Positions 17,759 through 28,297 of a stretch of DNA of 64,000 bases are shown in pieces. The number at the start of each line of letters is the position of its first letter. Within the stretch, counting starts at the first letter, position 1. Below the pieces are notes generated by a model that worked only from the letters and a program-made list of their open reading frames with translations, did not search any database and had not been told where the DNA came from. The position numbers and the translations under genes are program-made. Origin of the DNA: Alphaproteobacteria bacterium (lineage in GTDB: Bacteria > Pseudomonadota > Alphaproteobacteria > Rickettsiales > JABCZZ01); assembly GCA_013288335.1 (NCBI GenBank), contig JABDCC010000006.1, positions 4,859-68,858 of the forward strand, written 5' to 3'.

Positions 17759-20188
17759 ATGCGGACAAAATTTTTACTTATAACATTCTTTATCGCGAGC
17801 TTTCTGGCAGGCGCTGATTTGCCATGTCAGGCTTTTGGGCAAACCATACCGCTTGATGCCCACGAATCCATAGACCTTCCTATAAATAATGGTGAGGCTT
17901 TTGCAGTTTATATAAATCAGAAAAATCTTTGGATTGTTGCTAATTCTGCATCACGCATTACCACGGAATCCTTACGCAAACCGGATTCGCATTTTATCAA
18001 GGACGTAAAAAAGATTTCTTCAACACAGGCAGCGATATTTGATATCACTTTGAATGAAAACCTTGCTGCAAATATTGTAAAATCACAGACAGGGACTTTA
18101 CAAATTATCTTACAGAAAAACTCCGATAAGTTAACCCAGTATCTTTTCCCCACCATAACCACGAATGAGCTCAAACAATACCTTATTTCTATTGGTGTTC
18201 CCACCGCAAAACAGATTATTTCATTTACGGATCCTGAAACCGGCCATGATATGAAAGTAATCCCGGTTAGCGACCCCGGAACCGGAGTTTCCCCTGCCCG
18301 CTCTTTTGTAGAATTTAATCTGCTTAAGTCCGCACAAGGCGTGGCCATCGAAAAAATTTCCGATAATATTACAGTGCTACTCAATAAGGGTTCCATAGAT
18401 ATAGCCGCTGCAAACGGGCTTACTATTTCGGCCGATATCACCCAGCAAATCAGAAATGCGGAAGCAGAAGCTGCAGCCGCGAATACGCCGCCAACCCTTT
18501 ATCCTTACGCGCGCTGGAAACTGCCTGATGACAAGGACTTTGTCCCGGTAACCGAAAAACTATTTCAGGATATTGCTTACGGCACACCAGAATCCTCTAA
18601 TAAAGCGCGGTTACGGCTGGTGGATATTTATCTGGCACAAGGGCTGTTTGCCGAAGCGCTTGGCGTATCCAATGATATTTTACGGAAAAGCTATAAATTT
18701 TATAAAACTAACAAAGTAGCATCACTACGTGGTGCAGCCTATTTCTTTATGTACCGTATCGCCGATGCCGAACGTGATTTTTCATCACCGGAACTTGCCG
18801 GTGACAAGGAGGCAGAGATGTGGAGGGACCTATGTAAAGAAATGCTCGGAGAAGAGGGGGGCGGATTTAATTTTACGGCTAATTACGATCACTATATCCG
18901 CAATTACCCACCAGCATTCATTCAGAAACTCGCCATTATCACAGCGGATTTTAGTATCAACCGTAAAGAATATGATAGCGCAAATGCCATTCTGGATATT
19001 CTGGTCAGGGATAATCTCGATGAGCCCATAAAGAAATATATCGATTATATGCATGCTGAAATCTATTCGGAAACCCGCAATGAAGAAGAAGCAGCAAAAA
19101 TCTGGGAACAGCAGATAGCTGATATTGATACCCCTCTTATCCGCGCACGCGCAGAGTTTTCCATGATTAATATGCTGCTGCGCCAGGAAAGAATCACTCC
19201 GGAAAAAGCAATTAAGAGGCTTGAAAAACTGCGCATTGTATGGCGCGGTGATAATCTTGAACTCAACGTTCTTACCCTGCTTGGCAACCTCTACCTTGAA
19301 GATAAACAATACAGTAAAGCGCTGCATACCATGCGCGATATTGTGCTTTACTACCCTGAGCTGCCACAGGCGCTCACCACTGCCCGCAAGATGGAAGAAG
19401 TATTCATCAATCTTTATAATAAAGGTGGTGCAGACAGTATGCCACCACTCGAAGCACTTTCGCTGTTTTATGAATTCCGTGATCTTGTACCCGCTGATAA
19501 AGATGGTGATATGATGATACGTAATTTAGCGGATCGTCTTGCCGGAATTGACCTTCTCGATCGCGCGGCCATGTTGCTTAATCATCAGGTGCAGAACAGA
19601 TTGCAGGGTAATGAACGCAGTCGGGTAGCAGCAAAACTCGCTCAGATATACCTTGAAAACCACAAGCCCAAAGAGGCGCTCGATATTCTAAAAACCACCG
19701 GCTACGGAGAATTGCCAAGCGATTTGCAACTCCTGCGTCTTCGTCTGACTGCTCAAGCGCTTGCACAGCAGGATCGTTCTGATAAAGCGATCGATGTCTT
19801 AAGCAGTGATAATAGTGCGGAAGGTAATTTATTGCGTCTAAAAATTTACTGGGACAATAAAGATTGGCCGAATGTAGTGAGCACCGCTGAGGAAATCCTC
19901 GGTAACCGTAACGATCCAAGCGCGCCGCTGAACCCGGGTGAATCGAGTGTGCTGCTCAAACTTGCAACCGCTTATGTATACGAACACGATACCGGACAAA
20001 TTCAGTATCTCCGTGATTATTTCACGCCGCTGTTAAAAGACAATCCGGACAAGGATAGCTTCCTGTTTATTACCAGCGAATCTGGAACGATAGATTATGA
20101 AAATCTTGCGAATCTCGACACAGATATATCCGAGGTAAAATCGTTCATTGAAAAATCAAAAGAACAAGCCGAGAAGAAGCCGAATTAG
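17759..20188 (+). CDS. Large exported TPR-like protein linked to flagellar genes
   Basis: Signal peptide; helical repeats; WRGD..EL and LADRL...DLL..A..LL.HQV motifs. Confidence 0.7.
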   Translation: MRTKFLLITFFIASFLAGADLPCQAFGQTIPLDAHESIDLPINNGEAFAVYINQKNLWIVANSASRITTESLRKPDSHFIKDVKKISSTQAAIFDITLNENLAANIVKSQTGTLQIILQKNSDKLTQYLFPTITTNELKQYLISIGVPTAKQIISFTDPETGHDMKVIPVSDPGTGVSPARSFVEFNLLKSAQGVAIEKISDNITVLLNKGSIDIAAANGLTISADITQQIRNAEAEAAAANTPPTLYPYARWKLPDDKDFVPVTEKLFQDIAYGTPESSNKARLRLVDIYLAQGLFAEALGVSNDILRKSYKFYKTNKVASLRGAAYFFMYRIADAERDFSSPELAGDKEAEMWRDLCKEMLGEEGGGFNFTANYDHYIRNYPPAFIQKLAIITADFSINRKEYDSANAILDILVRDNLDEPIKKYIDYMHAEIYSETRNEEEAAKIWEQQIADIDTPLIRARAEFSMINMLLRQERITPEKAIKRLEKLRIVWRGDNLELNVLTLLGNLYLEDKQYSKALHTMRDIVLYYPELPQALTTARKMEEVFINLYNKGGADSMPPLEALSLFYEFRDLVPADKDGDMMIRNLADRLAGIDLLDRAAMLLNHQVQNRLQGNERSRVAAKLAQIYLENHKPKEALDILKTTGYGELPSDLQLLRLRLTAQALAQQDRSDKAIDVLSSDNSAEGNLLRLKIYWDNKDWPNVVSTAEEILGNRNDPSAPLNPGESSVLLKLATAYVYEHDTGQIQYLRDYFTPLLKDNPDKDSFLFITSESGTIDYENLANLDTDISEVKSFIEKSKEQAEKKPN

Positions 20189-20192
20189 ATTT

Positions 20193-20990
20193 TTAATTCG
20201 TAAGTAATGAAAGCAGGCTATCCGGCAATTTTCCGGTTTGCGCATTGGCGCTTGCTGCCGGTTTACTGAGCAATCCGGAGAATAAATTACTTAAACCGCC
20301 ACTCAGATCGCCCTCTGTAAGTGTCGAGGTCGAGGCATCGTTATTTGCCTGCGCCGATTCCACGCTCGCAGCAGCAAAACCAATCTGATTACTGGCGTTC
20401 TCTAAGCTTCCGTTTGCATTACCTACAGTATCCAATGCTTGCGATATAGCGGATAAAGCGGAAGCAGCACTCTCAGGCGTGCCAATAGAAGGCGGAGTAT
20501 TTCCAAACAAACTTTTTGCGCTTAAGTTCGGAACGGTGAGTGATGCATTCGGGTTGTTGCTGTCATTATTGCTGGTGGATAATGATCCATTGAGCAAATT
20601 CGTGCCGCCAAAATTCGTACTGGCTGCGATAGTGGATATTTCTGAGTAAAGCGTAGTAAATTGTTGCTGCAACCGACTCACTGCAGCAGGATCCGTATCG
20701 CCTACAGATGCCTGAATAGCCAGATTCTGCAAATTCTGCAAAATGGTGGAAATTTGCTGTGTACCTACTTGTGCGGTCGTAACCCGGCTTATCAGTTCAG
20801 CAATATCCAAAGATACTGCCTGTAAGCTGGATGATGCAATCACCGGAGATGAAACAGTTGAAGTCGTACTAGAATTAGTAGGAGTCGTCGTATTCGTCGT
20901 TGGATTGGCAGGCGACGAAATATTATTCGCAAACGGAGTTTTCTGCGCAAGCGCAGAGGAAATAAGAACCTGTACTGGTGTAATAGCCAT
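20193..20990 (-). CDS. Divergent flagellin-like protein lacking a canonical N-terminal D0 segment
   Basis: LQ.L..LA.QA, TNFGGTNLLNG, A.SAL.AI..AL..V, AQ...LP..LLSLL; SD GGAG 7 nt before ATG 20990 (ATG 21014 is an alternative). Confidence 0.75.
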   Translation of the reverse strand: MAITPVQVLISSALAQKTPFANNISSPANPTTNTTTPTNSSTTSTVSSPVIASSSLQAVSLDIAELISRVTTAQVGTQQISTILQNLQNLAIQASVGDTDPAAVSRLQQQFTTLYSEISTIAASTNFGGTNLLNGSLSTSNNDSNNPNASLTVPNLSAKSLFGNTPPSIGTPESAASALSAISQALDTVGNANGSLENASNQIGFAAASVESAQANNDASTSTLTEGDLSGGLSNLFSGLLSKPAASANAQTGKLPDSLLSLLTN

Positions 20991-20994
20991 CGAG

Positions 20995-21007
20995 TTACTC
21001 CATGTAA
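20995..21007 (-). promoter_or_regulatory. Candidate CsrA-binding hairpin over the SD of the flagellin-like gene
   Basis: mRNA UUAC-AUGGA-GUAA: ANGGA in the loop of a 4-bp stem. Confidence 0.5.
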
Positions 21008-21149
21008 ACGCCATGCGCTACTTGCGCGATCTCGTCTCTAGCTTAATTATAATTTCTAAACCCAATATATCCAATGTGCAACATAATAGGACATGTTCTT
21101 ATTATAATAGCATAATTGTGCAAAAAATCACCTAAAAAGTGAATAAAGA

Positions 21150-21165
21150 TTAACTTATGGTTAAC
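21150..21165 (+). promoter_or_regulatory. CtrA box
   Basis: Perfect TTAA-CTTATGG-TTAAC upstream of the flagellin-like gene. Confidence 0.65.
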
Positions 21166-21180
21166 CTTTCTCGTAAAATA

Positions 21181-22986
21181 TTAATCCGTATCACCCATTT
21201 TGAGCGCTGCAATAAAGGCAGATTTAGGGATTTCCACATTACCAACCGCCCGCATCTTCTTTTTGCCTTCTTTCTGCTTATCCAATAGCTTACGCTTACG
21301 GCTTATATCACCACCATAGCATTTCGCCGTCACATCCTTACGCATGGCGCTCACGGTCTCGCGGGCGATAATGCGTCCGCCAATGGCTGCCTGTATGGCA
21401 ATCTGGAACATTTGTCTTGGAATTAAGTCTTTGAGACGCTTACATAAAATACGCCCACGATAATCCGCCTGTGATTGGTGGACGATGATGGAAAGCGCAT
21501 CCACCGGATCGCCATTAACCAATATACTGAGTTTAACGAGATTGCTTTCTATATAATTATCAATATGATAATCAAAACTAGCATATCCCCTGGTGCAAGA
21601 TTTCAACCTATCATAAAAATCAAATACCACTTCATTGAGCGGTAGACGGTACACTGCCATGGCACGATTTCCCACGTAAGTTAAGTCGATCTGCTGGCCG
21701 CGTTTTTCCGTGCATAAGGTGAGTACATTGCCTAAATATTCATCAGGCACCATGATGGTTGCCTTTATCCACGGCTCCTCCATGTGGTCGATGTGGGTGG
21801 GGTCTGGCATGTCGGCGGGGTTATGAAGCTCCAATATTTCACCATTGGTTCTGAATATTTTATAGACCACGCTGGGCGCAGTAGTAATGAGATCAAGATT
21901 GAATTCACGTTCAAGTCTTTCTTCAATAATCTCAAGATGTAATAAGCCAAGAAATCCACAACGAAACCCAAAACCAAGCGCAGAAGATGTCTCCATTTCA
22001 TACTCAAAACTCGCATCATTTAAGCGAAGTTTGGCAAGGCTTTCTTTGAGGTTTTCAAAGTCAGAAGTGTCCACCGGGTAAAGTCCACAGAACACCACCG
22101 GCACGCTCGGTTTAAATCCAGTGAGTGCAGTTTCACAAGGTTTGCGATCGTCAGTTACCGTGTCACCGATTTTGCAATCTGCCACCTGCTTGATACCGGT
22201 AATAATATAGCCAACTTCACCTGGCCCTAAAGCCTCTACCGGAGTTTTCTTCGGCGAAAATACACCTACTTGCTCCACTTGATGCGCTGCTCCTGTAAAC
22301 ATCATGCGCACTTTCATGCCACGCTGGAGCACACCATCAATAATGCGCACAAGAATCACCACACCAAGATACGTATCATACCAGCTGTCAATCAGCAGGG
22401 CTTTTAGATTATTTGTCGCCTCGCCTTTTGGTGATGGCAATCTCGTGACCAGCGCCTCAAGCACATCTTTAATACCGATGCCGGTTTTCGCGGAAATCAT
22501 TACAGCGTTGCTCGCATCAAGCCCAATCACATCTTCAATTTGCTGTTTTACACGATCAGGCTCGGCAGCAGGCAAATCAATTTTATTGAGTACCGGAATA
22601 ATTTCGTGATTATTATCGAGTGCCTGGTAGACATTGGCAAGTGTCTGTGCTTCCACACCCTGACTCGCATCGACCACCAAGAGCGAACCTTCACAGGCAG
22701 CAAGCGAACGGCTTACCTCATAGGCAAAATCCACATGCCCCGGAGTATCCATGAGATTGAGGATGTAAGTTTTGCCATCGTCCGCTTTGTAATTCAGCCG
22801 AACGGTCTGCGCTTTAATGGTGATGCCGCGCTCTTTTTCAATATCCATGGAGTCGAGCACCTGCGCACTCATTTCGCGCATCTCAAGCCCACCACAATAT
22901 TCAATGAGACGATCGGCGAGTGTCGATTTGCCGTGGTCAATATGCGCGATGATGGAAAAATTTCGGATGAGGGAAAGGTCTGTCAT
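21181..22986 (-). CDS. lepA: Elongation factor 4
   Basis: [45 protein letters not shown]. Confidence 0.99.
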   Translation of the reverse strand: MTDLSLIRNFSIIAHIDHGKSTLADRLIEYCGGLEMREMSAQVLDSMDIEKERGITIKAQTVRLNYKADDGKTYILNLMDTPGHVDFAYEVSRSLAACEGSLLVVDASQGVEAQTLANVYQALDNNHEIIPVLNKIDLPAAEPDRVKQQIEDVIGLDASNAVMISAKTGIGIKDVLEALVTRLPSPKGEATNNLKALLIDSWYDTYLGVVILVRIIDGVLQRGMKVRMMFTGAAHQVEQVGVFSPKKTPVEALGPGEVGYIITGIKQVADCKIGDTVTDDRKPCETALTGFKPSVPVVFCGLYPVDTSDFENLKESLAKLRLNDASFEYEMETSSALGFGFRCGFLGLLHLEIIEERLEREFNLDLITTAPSVVYKIFRTNGEILELHNPADMPDPTHIDHMEEPWIKATIMVPDEYLGNVLTLCTEKRGQQIDLTYVGNRAMAVYRLPLNEVVFDFYDRLKSCTRGYASFDYHIDNYIESNLVKLSILVNGDPVDALSIIVHQSQADYRGRILCKRLKDLIPRQMFQIAIQAAIGGRIIARETVSAMRKDVTAKCYGGDISRKRKLLDKQKEGKKKMRAVGNVEIPKSAFIAALKMGDTD

Positions 22987-25596
22987 TTAATTTGTATTTT
23001 CTGAAGCTTGTTCTGCAAAAATTATATTAGAAATACCAACGCCAGCAGCATCGGTTTGAAGTGCATTAATTTTTTCTACATTTCCGGCTGCCTTTAAATC
23101 ACTGAGTACGGGTTCAATTGATTGCCATATACTCCCATTCGTCGTCAGTTCTAACTCTTTAATTGGAAATTTAATTGAAACTTGCTTTTCGGATTTCGTT
23201 TTACGGATTTCTTCCAAAATATATACTGCGGTAACTCCACTCACTTCCGCTTCTTCATCCACCGCAAAATCTTTTGCACTTGGCCACATACCCCGCGCGT
23301 TAACGGAAACGCCAGAGTCAAAAATATGGCTGAAAAGTTCTTCAGTTACGTGCGGCACAAACGGCGCAAACAGGCGAAGAATGGCATTGAGGCAATGATA
23401 AAGCGTGAGATGAGCAGAAATTTTTCCTTTCTCATCAGAAATTTCTCCGTAAGCACGGGCTTTCACCAACTCCAGATAATTATCGCAGAAGTCTTTCCAG
23501 AAAAAATCTTCCACCGCAACACGCGCATCGCAATATTCAAACCGTTCAAATTCGAGTGTCGCCTTGGCAATGGTTTTTTGCAAACGCGAGAGAATCCATT
23601 TATCAAGCGTTTCGCTTATTTTCCCACTTTGTACATCCGCAATCGTGGTGGTTGGCTGAACCGATAAATTACCCAAATGAATCGCGGCAAAACTCGTGGC
23701 ATTCCAGAGTTTGTTCACCAGCTTGCGGCCAATTTTCAGCAGATCTTCTGAGAAAGCAGTGTCGGTCCCGAGCCGTGAAGTGGAAGCCCAATAACGCACC
23801 ACATCGGCACCTTTATCGATAATTAAATCGACAGGCGTCACCACATTGCCTTTGGATTTACTCATCTTAGTTTTGTCAGCAGCTAAACACCAGCCGGAAA
23901 TCATCAAATTCTTCCAGGGAATATCGTTGGAATGCAGATGCGCTTTTACAATCGTGTAAAACGCCCAAGTGCGTATAATTTCATGTGCTTGCGGGCGAAG
24001 GTCGGCAGGGAAAAGTTTTGAATAACGATTATTATCCAAACAATTTTCTTTATTGACTCCTTTGGCATTAAGCTGTGGACTGATGGACGATGTCGCCCAA
24101 GTATCCATTACATCGGTGCTGCCGGAAACTTCTTCGCTTGAATAACCTTTTGGTAAATCGACCAGAGGATCAACCGGCAGCTGGCTGTTATCGGCAAACA
24201 GCACTTTGCCTTCTTCCCCTGCCCGTTTGGAATACCAAATTGGAAACGGCACGCCAAAAAACCGCTGGCGGGAAATGCACCAGTCTTCTTTCAAGCCTTC
24301 AATCCATTGATTGAGACGAATCTGCATAAACTCAGGATACCACTTGCACTCCGCCCCTTTGGCAAGCAGCGCTTCTTTCTTATCGGTAACTTTTATGAAC
24401 CACTGGTAAGTTGGAATAATTTCAATCGGCGTTCCTGAACGCTCCGCACATTTTACTGTATGGGTAATAGTATCCTGCTTAATGACGTTGCTTCCGATTT
24501 CAAGCAACTCCAGAATTTTTATGCTCGCCTGCTTGGGCTTTAGGCCTTCTATTTTTTTGAATGTCGCAATGGTCATTTCCAAATCAAACGTATTTGACGT
24601 ATCCAATACCGCTTTTTGTGTCTTACCATCACGCGCAGCAGCAAAGGATATTCCGGCACAAAGATTGTTTTCCGTAACTTCAATGAAAGTCATTTTACCA
24701 TCCAACCCAAGTATCGGGCGCATTGGTAATCCATGCTTCCGCCACCATTCCTTGTCGGTGTCATCACCAAAGGTACAGCACATCACAAGACCGGTGCCTT
24801 TTTCACGCTCGACCAACTCATCGGCAATCATCGGAACTTTTACACCAAACGCCGGAGTAAGAGCAAACTTACCTTGATACATTGCAGCATTAGGATCTTC
24901 GGGATGATACATCACCGCAACGCAGGCACCGAGCAACTCTGGCCTTGTGGTAGCAATGCGTATTTGTGTATTGTTTTCGTCAGCGAGCCTGAACTCAATC
25001 TCATTCATTACACCGGGCATTTCTTTATTTTCAATCTCAGCCTGCGCGATAGCGGTTTGGTCTACCCAATCCCAGTAAGTCGGGCGGAAATCGCGGTACG
25101 CTTGCTCTTTTTTCAGCAAATCCAAAAACGACATCTGCGAGAGTGTGCGCACTTCATCGCTTATAGTCTGGTATTCCTGCGCCCAATCTACGCTGATGGC
25201 AGTGCTTTTAAAAAGCCTTCGGAATTCATCTTCAGCACCCTTTACCACTTCCCGGCAAAGGCTCACAAACTCTGCACGCGGCATGGCAGCGCCACGCACT
25301 TTCTTTTCTTTTTCAACGAGACGCTCGGTGGGAAGCCCGTTATCGTCAAACCCCATCGGGTAAAAAACGGTTTTACCGCTCATACGCTGGTAACGCGCGA
25401 CAAAATCCGCCTGAGTGTAGCTGAAGATATGCCCCATATGCAAAATGCCGGAAACGGTGGGCGGCGGGGTATCAATCACAAACGTATTCTCGCGTGGCTG
25501 AGTCTCATCCCACGCATAAACGCCGGATTTCTCCCATTCCTGCTGCAAACGCGGCTCAGCTTCTTTATGATCGTAATTCTTTGGTAATGATTTCAT
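22987..25596 (-). CDS. valS: Valine--tRNA ligase, type 2 (archaeal-like)
   Basis: DTPPPTVSG.LHMGH, DDNGLPTER, KMSKS; no C-terminal coiled-coil arm; ATG 25596. Confidence 0.96.
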   Translation of the reverse strand: MKSLPKNYDHKEAEPRLQQEWEKSGVYAWDETQPRENTFVIDTPPPTVSGILHMGHIFSYTQADFVARYQRMSGKTVFYPMGFDDNGLPTERLVEKEKKVRGAAMPRAEFVSLCREVVKGAEDEFRRLFKSTAISVDWAQEYQTISDEVRTLSQMSFLDLLKKEQAYRDFRPTYWDWVDQTAIAQAEIENKEMPGVMNEIEFRLADENNTQIRIATTRPELLGACVAVMYHPEDPNAAMYQGKFALTPAFGVKVPMIADELVEREKGTGLVMCCTFGDDTDKEWWRKHGLPMRPILGLDGKMTFIEVTENNLCAGISFAAARDGKTQKAVLDTSNTFDLEMTIATFKKIEGLKPKQASIKILELLEIGSNVIKQDTITHTVKCAERSGTPIEIIPTYQWFIKVTDKKEALLAKGAECKWYPEFMQIRLNQWIEGLKEDWCISRQRFFGVPFPIWYSKRAGEEGKVLFADNSQLPVDPLVDLPKGYSSEEVSGSTDVMDTWATSSISPQLNAKGVNKENCLDNNRYSKLFPADLRPQAHEIIRTWAFYTIVKAHLHSNDIPWKNLMISGWCLAADKTKMSKSKGNVVTPVDLIIDKGADVVRYWASTSRLGTDTAFSEDLLKIGRKLVNKLWNATSFAAIHLGNLSVQPTTTIADVQSGKISETLDKWILSRLQKTIAKATLEFERFEYCDARVAVEDFFWKDFCDNYLELVKARAYGEISDEKGKISAHLTLYHCLNAILRLFAPFVPHVTEELFSHIFDSGVSVNARGMWPSAKDFAVDEEAEVSGVTAVYILEEIRKTKSEKQVSIKFPIKELELTTNGSIWQSIEPVLSDLKAAGNVEKINALQTDAAGVGISNIIFAEQASENTN

Positions 25597-25632
25597 GGCA
25601 CGTTTACTAACTGCTTTTGCGACAAATCGCAA

Positions 25633-27045
25633 TCAGTTCGTTTTATCGCCATATTGAATGGCATGCTCCACCAGCCATTCGAGTGTCGGCATCGGGCGCA
25701 AAACCGCCGCAATCTGGTAGGAAAACAGGGATTTACTTACTTTTATAAGCCTGCAATTCACTTTGATAAGCAATCGCGAAATCTTGCTGTCGCCAAAAGC
25801 GAGTGGAAATGGCGCCGGTATCCCCTCAATAGAGATCAGATTAAAGCCGGAATTGGCAAAAATACGGCGCAGTGATGAAAACGTATAAAACCGTGTGTGT
25901 TTCATATCTAATGTACCGCGCTTTGCATAATTAAACTGCCCAAACAGCAGCATGATGCGTTGGAGGAAAAACGCGATATTGGAGCTCGTCACTACAATTT
26001 TGGGGTTTTGATTGGCGCAGCAGGCATAGAGCACTGAGAGAAATTGTTCGGGATTTGGCAGGCAATCAATAATATCGAGCAGTAAAATCACATCAAAACG
26101 CTGGGTAGCAAATGCAGTTTGCTCCGGCGAGCTGATGACTACGTGCGCGCCCTTCTCTTCTATATGTTTTGCAATGACTCCGTCATCACTGCCAATATAC
26201 AGCACACGATCACCGGATTTAATATGACTGAGCGCGAAAAGATGACTGCTTCTGAAGCTGCTTTTTTCCTGATAGGCAAACGGTTTGTAATCATATTTAG
26301 GGGTATAAAATATTCCTATTTTTTGCACGCGCGACTGCAAGGTAGAAATCATCACGTCGAGCGCGTAACGCATGCCATTTACATGACATACTTCATCGCC
26401 ATAGCGCGTCGGAATCGGAATTTCTTTTATGGTCAATCCAGAATCTACAAACTGTATGATGATGTCGGTATCAAAATGAAAAACATTGGAGTTGCACTGG
26501 AACGGAATTTTCTTCAATGCTGAAATCGCATAAGCGCGAAACCCGCTATGGAACTCGCTTAAATTGCTCCCCAGCATCGCATTTTGTATTTTTGTGAGCA
26601 CAATATTGCCAGCGAATTTATAAAAAGGCATGCCACCGGCAAGCGCATCTTTTTTGTTGATCATACGCGAGCCAAATACCGCATCTGCTTCTCCGCGCAA
26701 AAGCGGTTCAATCATTTCAGGAATCAGCTCCGGCGGGTATTGCCCGTCGCCGTGCACCATTACCACCGCGTCATAGCCATTCTCGATAGCGTAAGTATAG
26801 CCTACCTTCTGATTACCGCCGTAGCCCTGGTTTATTTCATTGCGCAACAGCCGGATGGGATTTTGCGAAGCAGAAATATATTCGCGCGCAACGTGGCTCG
26901 TTGCATCCTGCGAGCAATCGTCAATCACTACCACTTCGGATTTATATTTGTCGTTGTTCCATAAAGATTGCGGAATACGGCTTAACACCGACGCAATATG
27001 CCGTTCAGCGTTATAAGCCAGAATGAGTATCAGTGCTTTTTTCAT
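25633..27045 (-). CDS. GT2 glycosyltransferase fused to a degenerate SAM-methyltransferase domain
   Basis: LAYNAE, DDCSQD, NQGYGGNQK, HGDGQY, SEFHSGFRAY; C-terminal GTLD.KH.RFYT. Confidence 0.85.
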   Translation of the reverse strand: MKKALILILAYNAERHIASVLSRIPQSLWNNDKYKSEVVVIDDCSQDATSHVAREYISASQNPIRLLRNEINQGYGGNQKVGYTYAIENGYDAVVMVHGDGQYPPELIPEMIEPLLRGEADAVFGSRMINKKDALAGGMPFYKFAGNIVLTKIQNAMLGSNLSEFHSGFRAYAISALKKIPFQCNSNVFHFDTDIIIQFVDSGLTIKEIPIPTRYGDEVCHVNGMRYALDVMISTLQSRVQKIGIFYTPKYDYKPFAYQEKSSFRSSHLFALSHIKSGDRVLYIGSDDGVIAKHIEEKGAHVVISSPEQTAFATQRFDVILLLDIIDCLPNPEQFLSVLYACCANQNPKIVVTSSNIAFFLQRIMLLFGQFNYAKRGTLDMKHTRFYTFSSLRRIFANSGFNLISIEGIPAPFPLAFGDSKISRLLIKVNCRLIKVSKSLFSYQIAAVLRPMPTLEWLVEHAIQYGDKTN

Positions 27046-27083
27046 CGGATTATGCTGTCATAAGTGACAGACAAAAACAATCA

Positions 27084-28268
27084 TTATCCCTTAAGCATAC
27101 TACCAGAACGCTGCTGAGCTCCGGGTGTACCTTGATTCTTAGCATTGGGAGAAGTGCTAGGGCTTGCTAAATGTGAATCATTCAATGCAATAGTCGTCTT
27201 ATTGTCGGTATGTTGTTTACCGATGTGATTATCTTTACACCATTTGTTGAATTCCGAAAGATTAAACGTCAAAGCTTTGTCCTGACTTCCTTTCAGAATT
27301 TCAAAAACCTCAACCGTTTTCTTTGAGTCATTATTTTTTCCATATTCTTGTAAATATTTATTTAAATCAAAATGCAAATTACTAGTTTTTGCCCAATCCT
27401 GAAAAGAAAGCTTATGGCCGTGCGCTAGTTGATAAATACCAGCTTCATTTTTATACATGTCAAATATATCGTCTATGCGTACACTGGATTTATTTTTACC
27501 ATCTAATACTTTTTGATTATGTGCATCATAGCTCACCAAAGCTAACCCAACGTCTCTTAACTGGTCTTCCTTAACACCACCTGGTCCAATATCCCAAATA
27601 TCTCCTATAGCACTATTAGGCCCCGCGGCCATAAAAGTACTCGTTGAGCCTATGATGTGAATCTTAAGGCTTGTTGCCAGATACTGGTAACTTTTTGCGT
27701 ATTCACTATTTAATGCCAATTCGTCGCACCCAGTCGTAACAAATGCCTTAGGATGAACCCCTAAGTCGTTGGCGGTTTCAACTACTTTTTCTATAGTTTT
27801 CATAAAATCTATATGATTAAGGGTATTACCTATATAGATTTTATTGGGACTCCCATGCGAATCAATCAGAATATAATTGAGTGAGCCATACTTTTTTATA
27901 TGTTCTTTAACTAAATTGATTATAGCTTTCTCAGCAGCTTCGGGGCTTAAGTTGGGATCGACATGTTTCACCACAACAGGTTGTTCAACATAGTCATCCC
28001 CTTTTGTAGACTCTTCGAGTATATTGTTTGCTGCTTTGGTATCAGTCTCATCAGAAGTGAGTAATGAAATTACTAACTTATCGTGCGGAGCACTGGTATC
28101 TTCGTAGAGAACCTTATTAAATTCCGAACAATCACTTTGATGCTTAGGACTTTGCTGAGTAGTTTGCTGTTGAAAAATCTGTTGTGCAGGAGAGCCCAGA
28201 AAAGTCTGCGCACCAAGCATAATTCCGTATAGCCAGTTTTTTGCTATTCTCTGAAAATCCGATGCCAC
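27084..28268 (-). CDS. Orphan protein with clan-CD (caspase-like fold) His/Cys motif, candidate effector O2
   Basis: YILIDSHGSP ... FVTTGCD; visibly AT-rich; tail SPSTSPN...QQRSGSMLKG; GTG start. Confidence 0.7.
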   Translation of the reverse strand: MASDFQRIAKNWLYGIMLGAQTFLGSPAQQIFQQQTTQQSPKHQSDCSEFNKVLYEDTSAPHDKLVISLLTSDETDTKAANNILEESTKGDDYVEQPVVVKHVDPNLSPEAAEKAIINLVKEHIKKYGSLNYILIDSHGSPNKIYIGNTLNHIDFMKTIEKVVETANDLGVHPKAFVTTGCDELALNSEYAKSYQYLATSLKIHIIGSTSTFMAAGPNSAIGDIWDIGPGGVKEDQLRDVGLALVSYDAHNQKVLDGKNKSSVRIDDIFDMYKNEAGIYQLAHGHKLSFQDWAKTSNLHFDLNKYLQEYGKNNDSKKTVEVFEILKGSQDKALTFNLSEFNKWCKDNHIGKQHTDNKTTIALNDSHLASPSTSPNAKNQGTPGAQQRSGSMLKG

Positions 28269-28297
28269 AATATTAATCTCAGTTATTACATGAGTTT

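Noticed and set aside
21105..21125. Sigma-54 promoter for the flagellin-like gene (TTGCAC-AATT-ATGC)
   Set aside because: It lacks the invariant GG and is one base short of GG-N10-GC.
24733..25587. 284-aa ORF antisense to valS, and the many other 60-175 aa shadow ORFs in the track
   Set aside because: They lie within or opposite clearly identified genes and have no motifs; they are expected shadows of coding bias.
27055..27070. CTGTCA-N4-TGACAG as another orphan-regulon box
   Set aside because: Spacing is N4 rather than N8, and there is no 11-bp periodicity or correctly placed -10.
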